Made by a program: the position numbers and the translations under genes
Part shown: piece after piece, positions 50,210-63,951 of the stretch
How positions within the stretch are numbered: the first letter of the stretch is position 1
How the letters are laid out: each line of letters starts with the position of its first letter
The notes under the pieces: model-generated
Told to the model about the DNA's origin: nothing
The model's input: only the letters and a program-made list of their open reading frames with translations
Databases searched by the model: none
Assembly: GCA_964016885.1 (NCBI GenBank)
Contig: OZ024741.1
Location: forward strand, 33,976,001-34,040,000
Source of the DNA: Eledone cirrhosa
Taxonomy: Eukaryota
Length of the DNA: 64,000 nucleotides
Reading direction: 5' to 3'

Positions 50210-50670
50210 TATCATCATCACCATTTAACATCTTATTTCCACACTAGCATGGGTTAGATGAGTTGTCCTATTGTGAGGCAAGTTAGATTAGGTGACCTTG
50301 TCTAGCTCATACAGAACTGATTCTGGCCTGATTTCTACGGCTGGATGCCCTTTCAAACAGCAATCACATTTACAGTGTGGACTGGGCGCTTTTTGTCGAG
50401 TCACCAAAATAACCACCATACAGGGCAGACTGGGTACTTTTTGTAGTGTCACAAATACAACCACTTTACATGGTGGACTGGGAGCTTTATCTTGTGTCAC
50501 CAACATGACCATCTTACAGGGTGGACGGGGGGGGGGGGGTCACCAATATGACCTCTGTGCAGAGTGGACTGGATGATTATATGTTGTGTCACTAGCATGA
50601 CCACCTTACAGGGTGGACAGGGTGCTCTTTTGTCATGTCACCAACATGACCACATTACAGGGTGTACTAT
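50210..50670 (-). mobile_element. RTE 3'UTR with ~6 decayed copies of the 49-bp module
   Basis: Recurrent ACCAC(T/C)TTACA(G/T)GGTGGAC after the CTACGGCTGGATGCCC motif. Confidence 0.72.
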
Positions 50671-50856
50671 GAGCTTTTAGCCATTTCAACAGCATTGTGG
50701 AGAGTGTGTCTAGCTTTCCATGCTTGTATGGGTTGAACAAGAGAGGTGCATCAGATGTGGACAGTTGGGAGGGTGGTGTATATGCAGGATGGGGATTGGA
50801 GGTGTAGGTCTAAGCTTGGGTACTTATATATGAAATTATGCATATGTATATACAGG

Positions 50857-51023
50857 CATCATCATTTCATCATTTCATTTTACGTCCGCTTTTTCCCTGC
50901 TTGCAAGGCTGGGACGGGAACTGATTCTGACTTGATTTCTACAGCTGGATGCCCTTCCTAACACCAACCTCATTTACAGTGAGTGCTGGGTGCTTTTTTG
51001 TCGTGGCACCTACACAACCACTT
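50857..51023 (-). mobile_element. RTE 3'UTR fragment
   Basis: Nearly identical to 6250-6412. Confidence 0.85.
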
Positions 51024-52903
51024 ATGTGTGTGTGTGTGTATGGAACTATTTGGTGTACTTTGTGTAATGGTCGCAGTTCAATTGAAATAAGTAAAAGAAT
51101 ATGAAATTACACAATTCCTACCTTCATGGCCACACACACTATACGGTCTCTCCAGTTACTACAGATCCTCTACCTTCACAACACCACACTACTGTTACAT
51201 ACACCACACTGTCTCTCCAGTCACACCACTGTTACATACACTACACTCTCTCCAGTCACAACACCACACCACTGTTACATACACCATACTGTCTCTCCAG
51301 TCACACCACTGTTACATACACCATACTCTCTCCAGTCACAACACCACACCACTGTTACATACACCATACTGTCTCTCCAGTCACACCACTGTTACATACA
51401 CTACACTCTCTCCAGTCACACCACTGTTACATACACTACACTCTCTCCAGTCACAACACCACACCACTGTTACATACACCATACTGTCTCTCCAGTCACA
51501 CCACTGTTACATACACTACACTCTCTCCAGTCACAACACCACACCACTGTTACATACACCATACTGTCTCTCCAGTCACACCACTGTTACATACACTACA
51601 CTCTCTCCAGTCACAACACCACACCACTGTTACATACACCATACTGTCTCTCCAGTCACACCACTGTAGTGACTGATGAGAGAATGTAGTGTATATAACT
51701 GGTATGACTGGAGAGACTGTGGTGTATGTAACAGTGGTGTGACTGGAGAGACTGTGGTGTATGTAACAGTGGTGTGACTGGAGAGACTGTGGTGTATGTA
51801 ACAGTGGTGTGACTGGAGAGACTGGTGTATGTAACAGTGGTGTAACTGGAGAGACTGTGGTGTATGTAACAGTGGTGTGACTGGAGAGACTGTGGTGTAT
51901 GTAACTAGTATGACTGGAGAGACAGTATGGTGTATGTAACAGTGGTGTGACTGGAGAGACTGTGGTGTATGTAACTGGTGTGACTGGAGAGACTGGTGTA
52001 TGTAACAGTGGTGTGACTGGAGAGACTGTGGTGTATGTAACTGGTGTGACTGGAGAGACTGGTGTATGTAACAGTGGTGTGACTGGAGAGACTGTGGTGT
52101 ATGTAACTAGTATGACTGGAGAGACAGTATGGTGTATGTAACAGTGGTGTGACTGGAGAGACTGTGGTGTATGTAACTGGTGTGACTGGAGAGACTGGTG
52201 TATGTAACTAGTATGACTGGAGAGACAGTATGGTGTATGTAACAGTGGTGTGACTGTGGTGTATGTAACAGTGGTGTGACTGGAGAGACAGTGGTGTATG
52301 TAACAGTGGTGTGACTGGAGAGACAGTATGGTGTATGTAACAGTGGTGTGGTGTTGTGACTGGAGAGAGTGTAGTGTATGTAACAGTGGTGTGACTGGAG
52401 AGACAGTGTGGTGTATGTAACAGTGGTGTGACTGGAGAGACAGTATGGTGTATGTAACAGTGGTGTGGTGTTGTGACTGGAGAGAGTGTAGTGTATGTAA
52501 CAGTGGTGTGACTGGAGAGACAGTATGGTGTATGTAACAGTGGTGTGGTGTTGTGACTGGAGAGAGTGTAGTGTATGTAACAGTGGTGTGACTGGAGAGA
52601 CAGTGTGGTGTATGTAACAGTGGTGTGACTGGAGAGACAGTATGGTGTATGTAACAGTGGTGTGGTGTTGTGACTGGAGAGAGTGTAGTGTATGTAACAG
52701 TGGTGTGACTGGAGAGACAGTGTGGTGTATGGAACAGTAGTGTGGTGTTGTGAAGGTAGAGGATCTGTAGTAACTGGAGAGATCGTATAGTGTGTGGCCA
52801 TGAAGGTAGGAATTGTGTAATTTCATATTCTTTTACTTATTTCAATTGAACTGCGACCATTACACAAAGTACACCAAATAGTTCCACACACACACACACA
52901 TAA
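51022..52903. mobile_element. Foldback-like 1.9-kb inverted structure with minisatellite arms
   Basis: Unique ~155-bp ends 51041-51195 and 52733-52886 are near-perfect reverse complements; inner 35- and 45-bp subrepeats flip orientation at ~51660-51700. Confidence 0.85.
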
Positions 52904-53004
52904 ACGTGTATATATCACTTTAAAAAAACATTCTTACACATTCACAGACATAATTACAGTTAATAGAAAACACACAGTGAAAGCTAACAAGAGACAAGAC
53001 GGAG

Positions 53005-53350
53005 CTGCAAGGGAGACAACTGCAGCCACCCTCACTGCTGTCCCACAACAATCGTGCTGGGATTACGAAAGCTGTTTGCATCAGTCAGTTGTCTGAGTCA
53101 GTCTCAGATCACACATCATCTCCTTTCTATCACACATGTATATATAATTATATATACACACACACACCCTCTCTTTCTGTCTCCTTTCATATATACCCCG
53201 TTCTTGCAGTGTTGATATACCATTGACCAGAAGTGGGCTGGAGTTATATATGTGTATATAGATGTATATATAATATATATACATACCCTTTTGACCGAGT
53301 TGGCCCTCTCGGTCGAAGAATTCGTTATTCAGACGGTTTCTCAAGTAAGT
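53005..53350 (+). promoter_or_regulatory. Candidate alternative promoter and non-coding exon
   Basis: Non-repetitive island with AAGGGAGACAACT, Inr-like TCAGTC/TCAGTT at 53081-53103, AP-1 site TGAGTCA at 53094 and consensus donor CAA|GTAAGT at 53345. Confidence 0.4.
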
Positions 53351-53643
53351 AACCATATACTAATTCTTCACACACTCTCACTCACTCTCTCTCTCTCACT
53401 CTCTTTCTATCTCTCTCAAACACACACACTAATACTCTCACACACACACATGAACACTCACACACTAACACACCCCCACACACACACTAACACACTCACA
53501 CACACTAACACTCACACACACATAATAATTCATGGGAGCTCATACTCGCGCATACACATACACATACACATACATATTAAGGTCTCACAGAAGCGCGCAC
53601 ACGCACAGCGATGATGACCAAGGGATATATATACATACATACA

Positions 53644-53692
<49 letters not shown>

Positions 53693-53935
53693 TTATATTT
53701 ATATACATTCATACATATACACATACATAAATACACAGATACACACACATATATATATTGTGTGAATGTGTTTAGTTATGTGAGTCTGATTATTTTGTGT
53801 GTATGTAGATGTGTGTGTGTGTGAGAGAGAGAGAGAGGAGGGCAATGAGAATCTGTCTAGATATATATTGGTTACTTTATTGGAAATATGTGTGTATGAG
53901 TATTTATGAATATAGTATATGTTTGTTTGTCGTGT

Positions 53936-53937
<2 letters not shown>

Positions 53938-54003
<66 letters not shown>

Positions 54004-54071
54004 CTATATATATATCTATATCTATATATATATCTATATCTATATATATATATATATATATATCTATATAT

Positions 54072-54102
<31 letters not shown>

Positions 54103-54136
54103 TATATATCTATATATATCTATATATATATATATA

Positions 54137-54171
<35 letters not shown>

Positions 54172-54362
54172 ATATATATATATATATATATCTATATATA
54201 TATCTATATATATCTATATATATATATATATCTATATATATCTATATATATATATATCTATATATATATATATATCTATATATATATATATATATCTATA
54301 TATAGATATATATATCTATCTATATATATATATATATCTATATATATATATATATATATATA

Positions 54363-54411
<49 letters not shown>

Positions 54412-54420
54412 ATATATCTA

Positions 54421-54457
<37 letters not shown>

Positions 54458-54507
54458 ATATATATATCTATATATATATCTATATATATATCTATATATC
54501 TATCTAT

Positions 54508-54538
<31 letters not shown>

Positions 54539-54578
54539 TATATCTATCTATATATCTATATATATATCTATATATATA

Positions 54579-54617
<39 letters not shown>

Positions 54618-54828
54618 ATATATATATCTATATATATATCTATATATATATCTATATATCTATATATATATCTATATATATATCTATATATCTATATATA
54701 TATCTATATATATATATATATATATCTATATATATATCTATATATATATCTATATATATCTATATATATATCTATATATATATCTATATATATATCTATA
54801 TATCTATATATATATCTATATATATATA
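53938..54828. repeat. (CT)n then (TA)n interrupted by TCTA
   Basis: Direct reading. Confidence 0.97.
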
Positions 54829-55625
54829 TCATCATCATCATCATCATCAGCGTTTAACGTCCGTGTTCCACGCTTGCATGGGTTTGGACGGGGGTAGTCC
54901 CACTTGAGGCAAGAGTGATTGTCTTGCTCGCATAGGACTGTCTGGCAGGTTTTCTACAGTTGGATGCCCTTCCTAACACCAACCACATTTACAGTGTGGG
55001 TCTGGGAGGTTTTTACCGTGTTGCCTACACGGCCACATTACAGCGTGGACTGTGTGTTTTTTTGTCGTGACACCTACACGATCTCATTTGTTTCGGCCTC
55101 GATGGCGCGGCACCAACATAACTTTACATAGAACGGGGTGGTGTGGATCGGGTGGGGGTGGTGGGACGGGGTGTATTTGTTAGAGATGCCTACTGGCTGG
55201 AGTAGGTTTTACTATATATTTAGGTAAGGCGGGTCTTCTCTGTTACTGAGTACCGCCAAAGGTCTCGGTCCAGTGACATTGTCTTGGAGAGGTGTAAGTG
55301 TGTGATGTCGGAGTTTATCAGCTCGTCCCAGGTTTTTCTAGGTCTGCCTATTCCGTGACTACCGTCTATCTTTATTGCCCTGCACTTTGTTATACAGCTA
55401 TCGACTTTCATGCGCATCACGTGTCCATACCAACGTAGCCTTCTCTCGAGTAAACAACATCTGATCCCTCTTATCTCTAATTTATTCCTTAGTTCGTTTA
55501 TGCTTTGCCGTTCACGTATATTACTGTTACACATCCAGCGGAGCATGCAAGCTTCGTTCCTCTCTAGTCTGCGTATATCCTCTGCACACAATGCCCAGGT
55601 CTCACTGCCATGCAGCATTGCTGTT
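54829..55625 (-). mobile_element. RTE-clade LINE, 5'-truncated, intact C-terminal ORF (55220-55618)
   Basis: [10 protein letters not shown]...[12 protein letters not shown]...[12 protein letters not shown]...GRPRKTW; 3'UTR and (GAT)n tail; inserted in (TA)n. Confidence 0.95.
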
Positions 55626-56460
<835 letters not shown>

Positions 56461-56480
56461 TGGCAATCTGTGCATGGTTA

Positions 56481-57028
56481 TGAATGGCTGTGTGTGTCTG
56501 TGATTGGCTGTGTGTGTCTATGAATGGCTGTGTGTCTGAATGGCTGTGTGTGTCTATGAATGACTGTGTGTGTCTATGAATGGCTGTGTGTGTCTGTGTA
56601 TGGCTGTGTGTGTCTGTGAATGGCTGTGTGTCTGTGAATGGCTGTGTGTGTCTATGAATGGCTGTGTGTGTCTGTGAATGGCTGTGTGTGTCTGTGAATG
56701 GCTGTTGTGTCTGTGAATGGCTGTGTGTGTCTATGAATGGCTGTGTGTGTCTATGAATGGCTGTGTGTGTCTATGAATGGCTGTGTGTGTCTATGAATGG
56801 CTGTGTGTGTCTATGAATGGCTGTGTGTGTCTGTGAATGGCTGTGTGTCTATGAATGGCTGTGTGTGTCTATGAATGGCTGTGTGTGTCTATGAATGGCT
56901 GTGTATGTCTGTGAATGGCTGTGTGTGTCTGTGAATGGCTGTGTGTGTCTATGAATGGCTGTGTGTCTGTGAATGGCTGTGTGTGTCTGTGAATGGCTGT
57001 GTGTCTATGAATGGCTGTGTGTCTGAAT
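56481..57028. repeat. 20-bp minisatellite (GAATGGCTGTGTGTGTCTAT)n
   Basis: GAATGG recurs every 18-20 bp. Confidence 0.95.
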
Positions 57029-57271
57029 GAACTGTCTTTTCTCTCACTCTCTCACTTCTCTCATTAGCTTCTTAATCTATCAAATATCTCTCTTTATCTT
57101 TCTCTATCATTTTCTTAATCTTTCTAATTCCCCTATTTCTTTCTCTGTATCTCCCTTTCTCTCTCTCTCTCTCCCTATCCTATCCTATCTCTCTCCTCTC
57201 TCTCTTACCCTCTTTCTCCCATACTCTATCTATCCCATTCCCTTTCTCCACGATTCTCAATACCCCGCCAC

Positions 57272-57351
<80 letters not shown>

Positions 57352-58636
57352 GCTGCTTGGTAAACAAAGATCTGTGCTGAAGGTGCTGCTGTACTCCGTC
57401 TCTCCGAATGCAGGAGTCAGTGTCTCATCAGGCAGTAGTGAGGTAGTAACTCTGTAGGTATTTTGGCCCTTTCCACTGCGACACTACAGCTACTGGAGGC
57501 CAGAGCCATCCACTGATGTAGTTGACTAAACTCCAATACAATATCACAATCTTTGGTAAGTCTGATGTTGTAACTCCGTCTACCTTTATGTTTCAGACCA
57601 GCATTAAATTTAGTGTTATGACTCTGAGCGAGACATCACCATCCATCTCAGTGTGTCATGGTCATCATTCATCTTCTCTTTTGAGCCAGATGTAGTAACT
57701 CACATCCTGAGTTGCCTCCGATAATGTCCTCGAAAGGTGTTTCTTTCCTCTGCTGCCAATCAAAGGCCCCTGGGTATCAAGTCAACCCTGGTTTCATCAA
57801 ATCCCCTGACTGCTACCTCTACAGGTTACCTCCCAGCTACAGGTTTCACAGAGCTCAACCAGCGCTCTGTACTTCCTGACCTTCCTGTTGAATGCATCAT
57901 TGATGTTCACCTCCCAAGAAACAGTTCCACCATCTCACCACCTTCCTTTCTCTGCACCACAAGATGATGTCAGGTCTTTTTGTGGTAAAAAAAGAAATGT
58001 GGTATTTGCCGTCCAGCTCAACTGAAACCTCCCAGATCTCCTCCTATTTTGGTCAGTCTTCAGTGGTTGGGTTACAGTGTTCTCCTTTACACAAATTTAT
58101 CCTGCTCTTCTCTACTTTCTTGCCATTATTCATCCTCTTCATCCGTTTTTCCATTGCATCAGCCAGTACACTACAGTAGTTCAAGATATGGTTATGTCAC
58201 CATGTATATCTGTTCTTCAGGTCCAGTGAGCAACTGGACAGTATGAGCATAGGTCGTCCAACCTTTCTGCATTTGCACAGGCCCCTTTCTTCTACTTTCC
58301 AACATTTTAGGTTTGTGGGACTAGCAAGCATGTCATAGACAGAGTGAACCAGAAAACTGTTTCTGACTGGCTCCCATGACCACTGACTCCTTTCAAGAGA
58401 CACACTCCCCTGAAGGCCACATGGTGACTTCTCACTTCCTCCCTCTTTACCTGGTTGATTACTGCAACCTTTCTCTCCTTCTGATTCATTGGTTAGTATG
58501 ATTTGAATTCAGAATTTCCAAGGATCCTTTCTATTGCTCTGTGCAGGATCTACTATATCTTCATAACCAAGGGAGGTCACAAAGTACTCTGTTGTCTCCA
58601 ATGCCATTCATTTTCTTCCAGTCATGAACCCCATTA

Positions 58637-59127
58637 GTGGAGGTCTAGTGGTAAGGATGGTGGACTTACAATCATAACGTTGTGGGTTCCATTCCTGGGC
58701 TGGGTTGTGTTTTTTAGCAAAACACTTCATTTCATGTTGCGCCAGCTAAAAATGAGTACCAGCAATAGCTGGGGGTTTATCCCTGCGACGGACTGACGTC
58801 CTGTCCAGGGGAAGTCTTGTACTCTCAGTCGCTTCACGCCATGAAACTGGGATAAGCACCAACCTAACGAGCCTTCTGGCTTAACCGTTTAGCATTTACA
58901 TTAGACTATATTTTCTATTGTAATTCCGCAGTAAAGGCTTTATCTTACATAATTATCTCACATACTATCGAATCTATGAAATTTTGATATTATTTATTTT
59001 GAGAACAATACCTTAACATCAGTATGAGCAATATTGCAGCCGGTTTGAACAGAAAGAAGGGAGAGAATTCTGGCCGGATACGGCCGGTTTAAATGCTAAA
59101 GGGTTAAGACAGACTTTAGACTTAGAC
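58637..59127 (+). mobile_element. SINE family B split by a MITE
   Basis: Collinear with 48768-49062; TSD CATGAACCC at 58623-58631 and 59127-59135. Confidence 0.9.
58885..59103. mobile_element. piggyBac-type MITE, 219 bp
   Basis: TTAA TSD at 58881-58884 and 59104-59107; TIRs CCGTTTAGCATTTA / TAAATGCTAAAGGG; empty site GCTTAAGACAGAC in the paralogous SINE at ~49038. Confidence 0.92.
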
Positions 59128-59442
59128 ATGAACCCTGGTGGAGAGGAATGGATAATATGGTGACTTGAATGGTGCAGTGTCAGTAGAGTCCACACTTGTA
59201 CTGCTCAATTGATGGGATAGGTAATTTTATTGGACCACCATTATTGTACATGTAAAGGGTCAGGGCAATCCTAGTCAATTGCAGATAGAGATATTGCATT
59301 TCTGGTCAATGGTCTTGATACACGTGTTAGTGCGACTTCATATGAATGAACTGTCTTTTCTTTCTCAGTCTCACATTCTTTTCTCTCATTGGCTTCTTAA
59401 TCTATCTAATTCCTTCTATTTCTTTTTCTGTCTCTCCTATCC

Positions 59443-59496
<54 letters not shown>

Positions 59497-59645
59497 ATAT
59501 ATATATATACTTCATACACCCACTTTATTTGGAGAACTAGAGGCTATTTCTTTGACTCAATATATATATTTATACATATATATATATATATATAGTGTTA
59601 ATGTCTATATAAACACATACACACACACAACAGTTATATATTTAT

Positions 59646-59713
<68 letters not shown>

Positions 59714-59811
59714 TTAATGTCTGTATAAACACATACACACACACAAGTTATATATTTATACATATATATAGTGTTAATGTCTGTATAAACACATACACAC
59801 ACACAACAGTT

Positions 59812-60435
59812 TTACTCGAGAGAAGACTACGTTGGTATGGTCATGTGATGCGCATGAAAGACGACAGCTGTATAAAAAAGTGCAGGGCAATAAAAATAGA
59901 CGGTAGCTACGGAGTAGGCAGACCCAGAAAAATCTGGGACGACCTGATAAATTCCAACCTCACACACTTACACCTCTCCAAGACAATGTCACTGGACTGA
60001 GATCTTTGGCGCTACACAGTAATACAGAAGACCCGCCTTACCTAAGTACAAAGTGAAACCTACTACAGTCAGTAGGCACCTCTAACAAAATACACCCCCG
60101 TCCCACTACCCCCACCCCATCCACACCACCCCTTTCAATGTAAAGTTATGTTGGTATCACAACATCCAGTCCGAAACAAATGAGGTCGTGTAGGTGTCAC
60201 GACAAAAAATACACACAGTCCACGCTGTAATGTGGCCGTGTAGGTAACACGGTAAAAACCTCCCAGTCCACACTGTAAACGTGGTTGGTGTTAGGAAGGG
60301 CATCCAGCCGTAGAAAACCCGCCAGACAGTCCTATGCGAGCAAGACAACCACTCTTGCCTCAAGTGGGAAAACTCCTGTCCAAACCCATGCTAGCGTGGA
60401 ATATGGACGTGAAACGATGATGATGATGATGATGA
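59812..60435 (+). mobile_element. RTE-clade LINE, 5'-truncated
   Basis: [20 protein letters not shown]...KTRLT*; inverted paralogue of 54829-55452; interrupts a short AGTGTTAATGTCTGTATAAACAC tandem array. Confidence 0.93.
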
Positions 60436-61242
60436 CATATACATAGTGTGAATATGTCTGTATAAACACACACATACACACACAAGTCATATATTCATAC
60501 ATACACATATTGTGAATGTCTGTAGAAACACGTACACAGACATACACACACACTCTCTCTTACACACAGACACTCACTCACACATACAGACACTCACACA
60601 CACAGACACTCACTCTCACATACAGACACAGCCACACACACATACAGTGGTTTCATGACAACCGCTTCTGTTGCTTCAATTTATCTGACAAAATGGAACC
60701 TGTTGAAGGTTTATTATAGACAATTTATTTATATATATATATATAAGTATTGAAGTTTCCGTTGAAAATTGAAAAAGTCATAGGAGTGAAGAGTGCTCTA
60801 TGTAAGTTACAGAGCTAAATTTAATGTATAATAAACAATACAATATAATTACCTCATTACCAGAGGTTTCCTGAACAAGACGAATACAAGAAATGTCCTC
60901 ATTCATTCGTCAGACAAGACAATTTAAAACATAGTGAAATATTTGAAAAAATCTCCTCAAGAAAGGCAAAAGTTTAACAGGCAAAAAAAATATATAAATA
61001 AAAGTAATGCAAGAGATATATAAAAATAAAATAAGGAAATATAGTAAGGGTATGTGTATAAATGTGTGTATATGCACCTACAAATGTACATATGTGTGTA
61101 TGTACAAATGCATGTGTATAGTGAAAAAATGTGTACGTAAGTACATACATGAGGGCAAGCATATCAGTGTATGTGTGACCACAAATACGTATATAATATA
61201 TGTTGAAAAAAGAAATTGTAAGATAATAGAGTTAACGTACAT

Positions 61243-61284
<42 letters not shown>

Positions 61285-61329
61285 CGTTTTTGAATTTGTT
61301 TAGCAACATGACCCTCCCAAAGTATAACA

Positions 61330-61364
<35 letters not shown>

Positions 61365-61586
61365 AGTATGTATATATATATATATATGTGTGAGTGTGTG
61401 TGTATGTATATATATATATATATGTGAGTGTATGTGTATATATATGTGTGTGAGTATGTATGTATATATATATATATATGTGAGTGTGTGTATGTATATA
61501 TATATACGTATGTGTGAGTGTGTGTGTGTGTGTGTATATATATATGTGAGTGTGTGTGTATGTATATATATATATACGTATTTGTG

Positions 61587-61620
<34 letters not shown>
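61330..61620. repeat. Mixed (TA)n/(TG)n tract
   Basis: Direct reading. Confidence 0.9.
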
Positions 61621-61621
<1 letters not shown>

Positions 61622-62029
61622 CACTGGGATATGTTGTCTAACAGTTTGTTTATTGTCTGTCTTCAAACAAATTTGAATTTAAGTCTTTGCAGAGCTGTTC
61701 TTCATTCTACTGTCAATCACACACACACACACAATCTCACACACATACACTCTCTCTCTCACACACACACACAATCTCACACACATACACTCTCACACAC
61801 ACGTATATATATTCACCAGTAAACTTGATTGGCAACATTTTAGGATATTCAACACTTATGTGTCACATAAACTCCCATATTTGTAATAAAAATAACGAAA
61901 ATACAAGAAAGAAACACACAGGTGTTAGTCAGATAATGGATAAAGGTTTACATTTGGTAATGAAGAGTGTTTGAGTGGAGAAAACATAGGATCAGCAAGC
62001 TCATAGGAGCAAAGGCCATTGTAGTAGTG

Positions 62030-62562
62030 ATTGAAAAGGCAAGAAAAACTGTACAGCTCTCATGATTTAGGAAACATTTTTTCATGTTCAGAGTTGCTGA
62101 AGCATGGAACAAACTACCTCCATCAGTTGTTAGCTGTCGGGACACTGCATCCTTCAAAACTTCCATGCTTCCCAAATTTCTCCAACACTACACCTGATAT
62201 TCCCCCTCCTTCCAGCCCACACTGTAAAGTAGTCATGTAGGTGTCATGACAAAAAGCACCCAGCACTCACTGTAAATGAGGTTGACACTAGGAAGGGCAT
62301 CCAACTGTAGAAACCAAGCCAAAATCGGTTCTGTAAGAGCAAGACATGGTCACCAGACCTAGCATTGCTCACTCCAGGATAACTTGTCTAACCCATGCCA
62401 GCACTGATGATGATGAGGATACACATGTATCTGTGTGTGTGTGTGTTTGTGTGTATATCATATCATGACTCATACACTGTTCACTTTCCTGGCATTTGTA
62501 CATTATTCTATGTACTATACATGCACATTTGATGAGTTGTAGTGCACCTGAGCACTGTACAC
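62030..62562 (+). mobile_element. CR1-type LINE 3' end with a nested RTE 3'UTR (62212-62416)
   Basis: DFRKHFFMFRVAEAWNKLPPSVVSCRDTASFK (CR1 ORF2 C-terminal motif); the UTR resumes at ~62420. Confidence 0.82.
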
Positions 62563-62565
62563 ATT

Positions 62566-62680
62566 AAATCCCGCCGAGGTTAAGTTTGCCTTTCATCCTT
62601 ACGGGGTCGATAAAATAAAGTACCAGTAATGTACTGGATAATTGCTGGCCTTGTGCCAAAAGTAGAAACAATTATTATTA
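62566..62680 (+). mobile_element. 5'-truncated SINE family A
   Basis: Reverse complement of 229-336. Confidence 0.88.
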
Positions 62681-62867
62681 AAAGGAAAGATGTTTGTGTG
62701 CCAGAAGGTAGTGTGTTAAGTGATTTCATGCCAATCATTTTCTGGGATCCAGAAACCTTTGGTAATGGAGTAGTTATATTTTGTGTTGTTCACTTTCTAA
62801 TTAAATAGCTCTGTTCTGTATATAGAGCACTCTTTTTCCCTTTGCTTTTTCTTTGGGATTACCTAAA

Positions 62868-62916
<49 letters not shown>

Positions 62917-62920
<4 letters not shown>

Positions 62921-63945
62921 AGAGATGTAGCGGGATCTCAGGAAGCTTAATTAAGAATGTAGGATTCACATGCAGCAGCTGTGCTGAAACAGCAAGCAAA
63001 CAGCCACAGGAAACAAGTACCACCAATCTCTGGGAGGGCCCTGTAGAAACAGTAGACAGCTTCTGCTACCTAGGTGACCGAATTAGCAACGGAGGTGGGT
63101 GCTCAGAAAGTACAATAACTAGGGTAAGAACGGGATGGAAGAAGTTTAGGGAACTACTACCACTGCTAGCTGCAAAAGGCTTCTCCCTCAGAATGAAAGG
63201 CAGACTGTATGATGCGTGTATCCGAACAGCGATGTTGCATGGTAGTGAGACCTGGGCGCTGAAGGTGGAAGACTTACGTAGATTAGAGAGAAACGAAGCC
63301 TGCATGCTCCGATGGATGTGTAACAGTAATATACGTGAACGACAAAGCATAAAGGAATTGAGAGAGAGACTGAGCATAAGAGGAATCAAATGCTGCGTGC
63401 AGGAGAGGCGGTTACGCTGGTATGGACATGTGATGCGTATGAAGGATGACAGCTGCATAAAAAGGTGCAGAGCACTAGAAGTTGATGGAAACCACGGAGT
63501 GGGGAGACCCAAGATGACTTGGGATGAGGTGATAAAAGCCGACCTTACCCAACTACACCTCTCAAAGACAATGACACACGACCGTGACTTCTGGCGTCAC
63601 GCAGTAATACAGGGTACCCGACCTCCCATGGGTACATGCTGAAGCATATAAACAATATGCCCCCACTCCCCCCACCGCAAGGTGGTCGTGGAGGTGCCAC
63701 GGCAAAAAAGCACCCAGCCCACACTGTAAAGTGGACGTGTAGGCGCCACGAAAAAGCACCCAGCACTCACTGTAAATGAGGTTGGTGTTAGGAAGGGCAT
63801 CCAGCTGTAGAAATCAAGCCAGATCAGTTCCTGTATGAGCAAGGCATGGTCAGCCAACCAGACACTGCCCACAACAGGACAACCCGTCTAACCCATGCTA
63901 GCGTGGAAGAACGGACGTAAAACGGTGATGATGATGATGATGATA
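62917..63945 (+). mobile_element. RTE-clade LINE, 5'-truncated, uninterrupted ORF2 C-terminus (to 63642) plus complete 3'UTR
   Basis: [59 protein letters not shown]; two 49-bp modules, terminal CCATGCTAGCGTGG hairpin, (GAT)n tail; flanked by (TA)n. Confidence 0.96.
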
Positions 63946-63951
63946 TATATA

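Larger units (their letters stand above)
57352..59245 (-). mobile_element. Decayed HERO/R2-like non-LTR retrotransposon with restriction-like endonuclease, interrupted by a SINE
   Basis: Minus-strand remnants KLPIPSIEQYK, TGRK*, SVYDMLASPTNLKCW, LCKCRKVG..ILSSC, NRYTW, KRPDIILW, VEVAVRGF, YIWLKRE match the CCHC, R(Y)xWRH and PD-(D/E)xK layout of this clade; ends are approximate. Confidence 0.78.

Noticed and set aside
57380-57445. Minus-strand CTGATGAG as a hammerhead in the HERO-like 3' region
   Set aside because: No GAAA at a workable position and helices do not close
60786-60835. TGAAGA-GT-GCTCT...AGAGC-TAAA hammerhead-like string
   Set aside because: Two core positions are wrong and there is no helix I or III; could be chance
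62842-62916. N-terminal part of the 266-aa ORF
   Set aside because: Read-through of flank and (TA)n into a truncated LINE; not a real start
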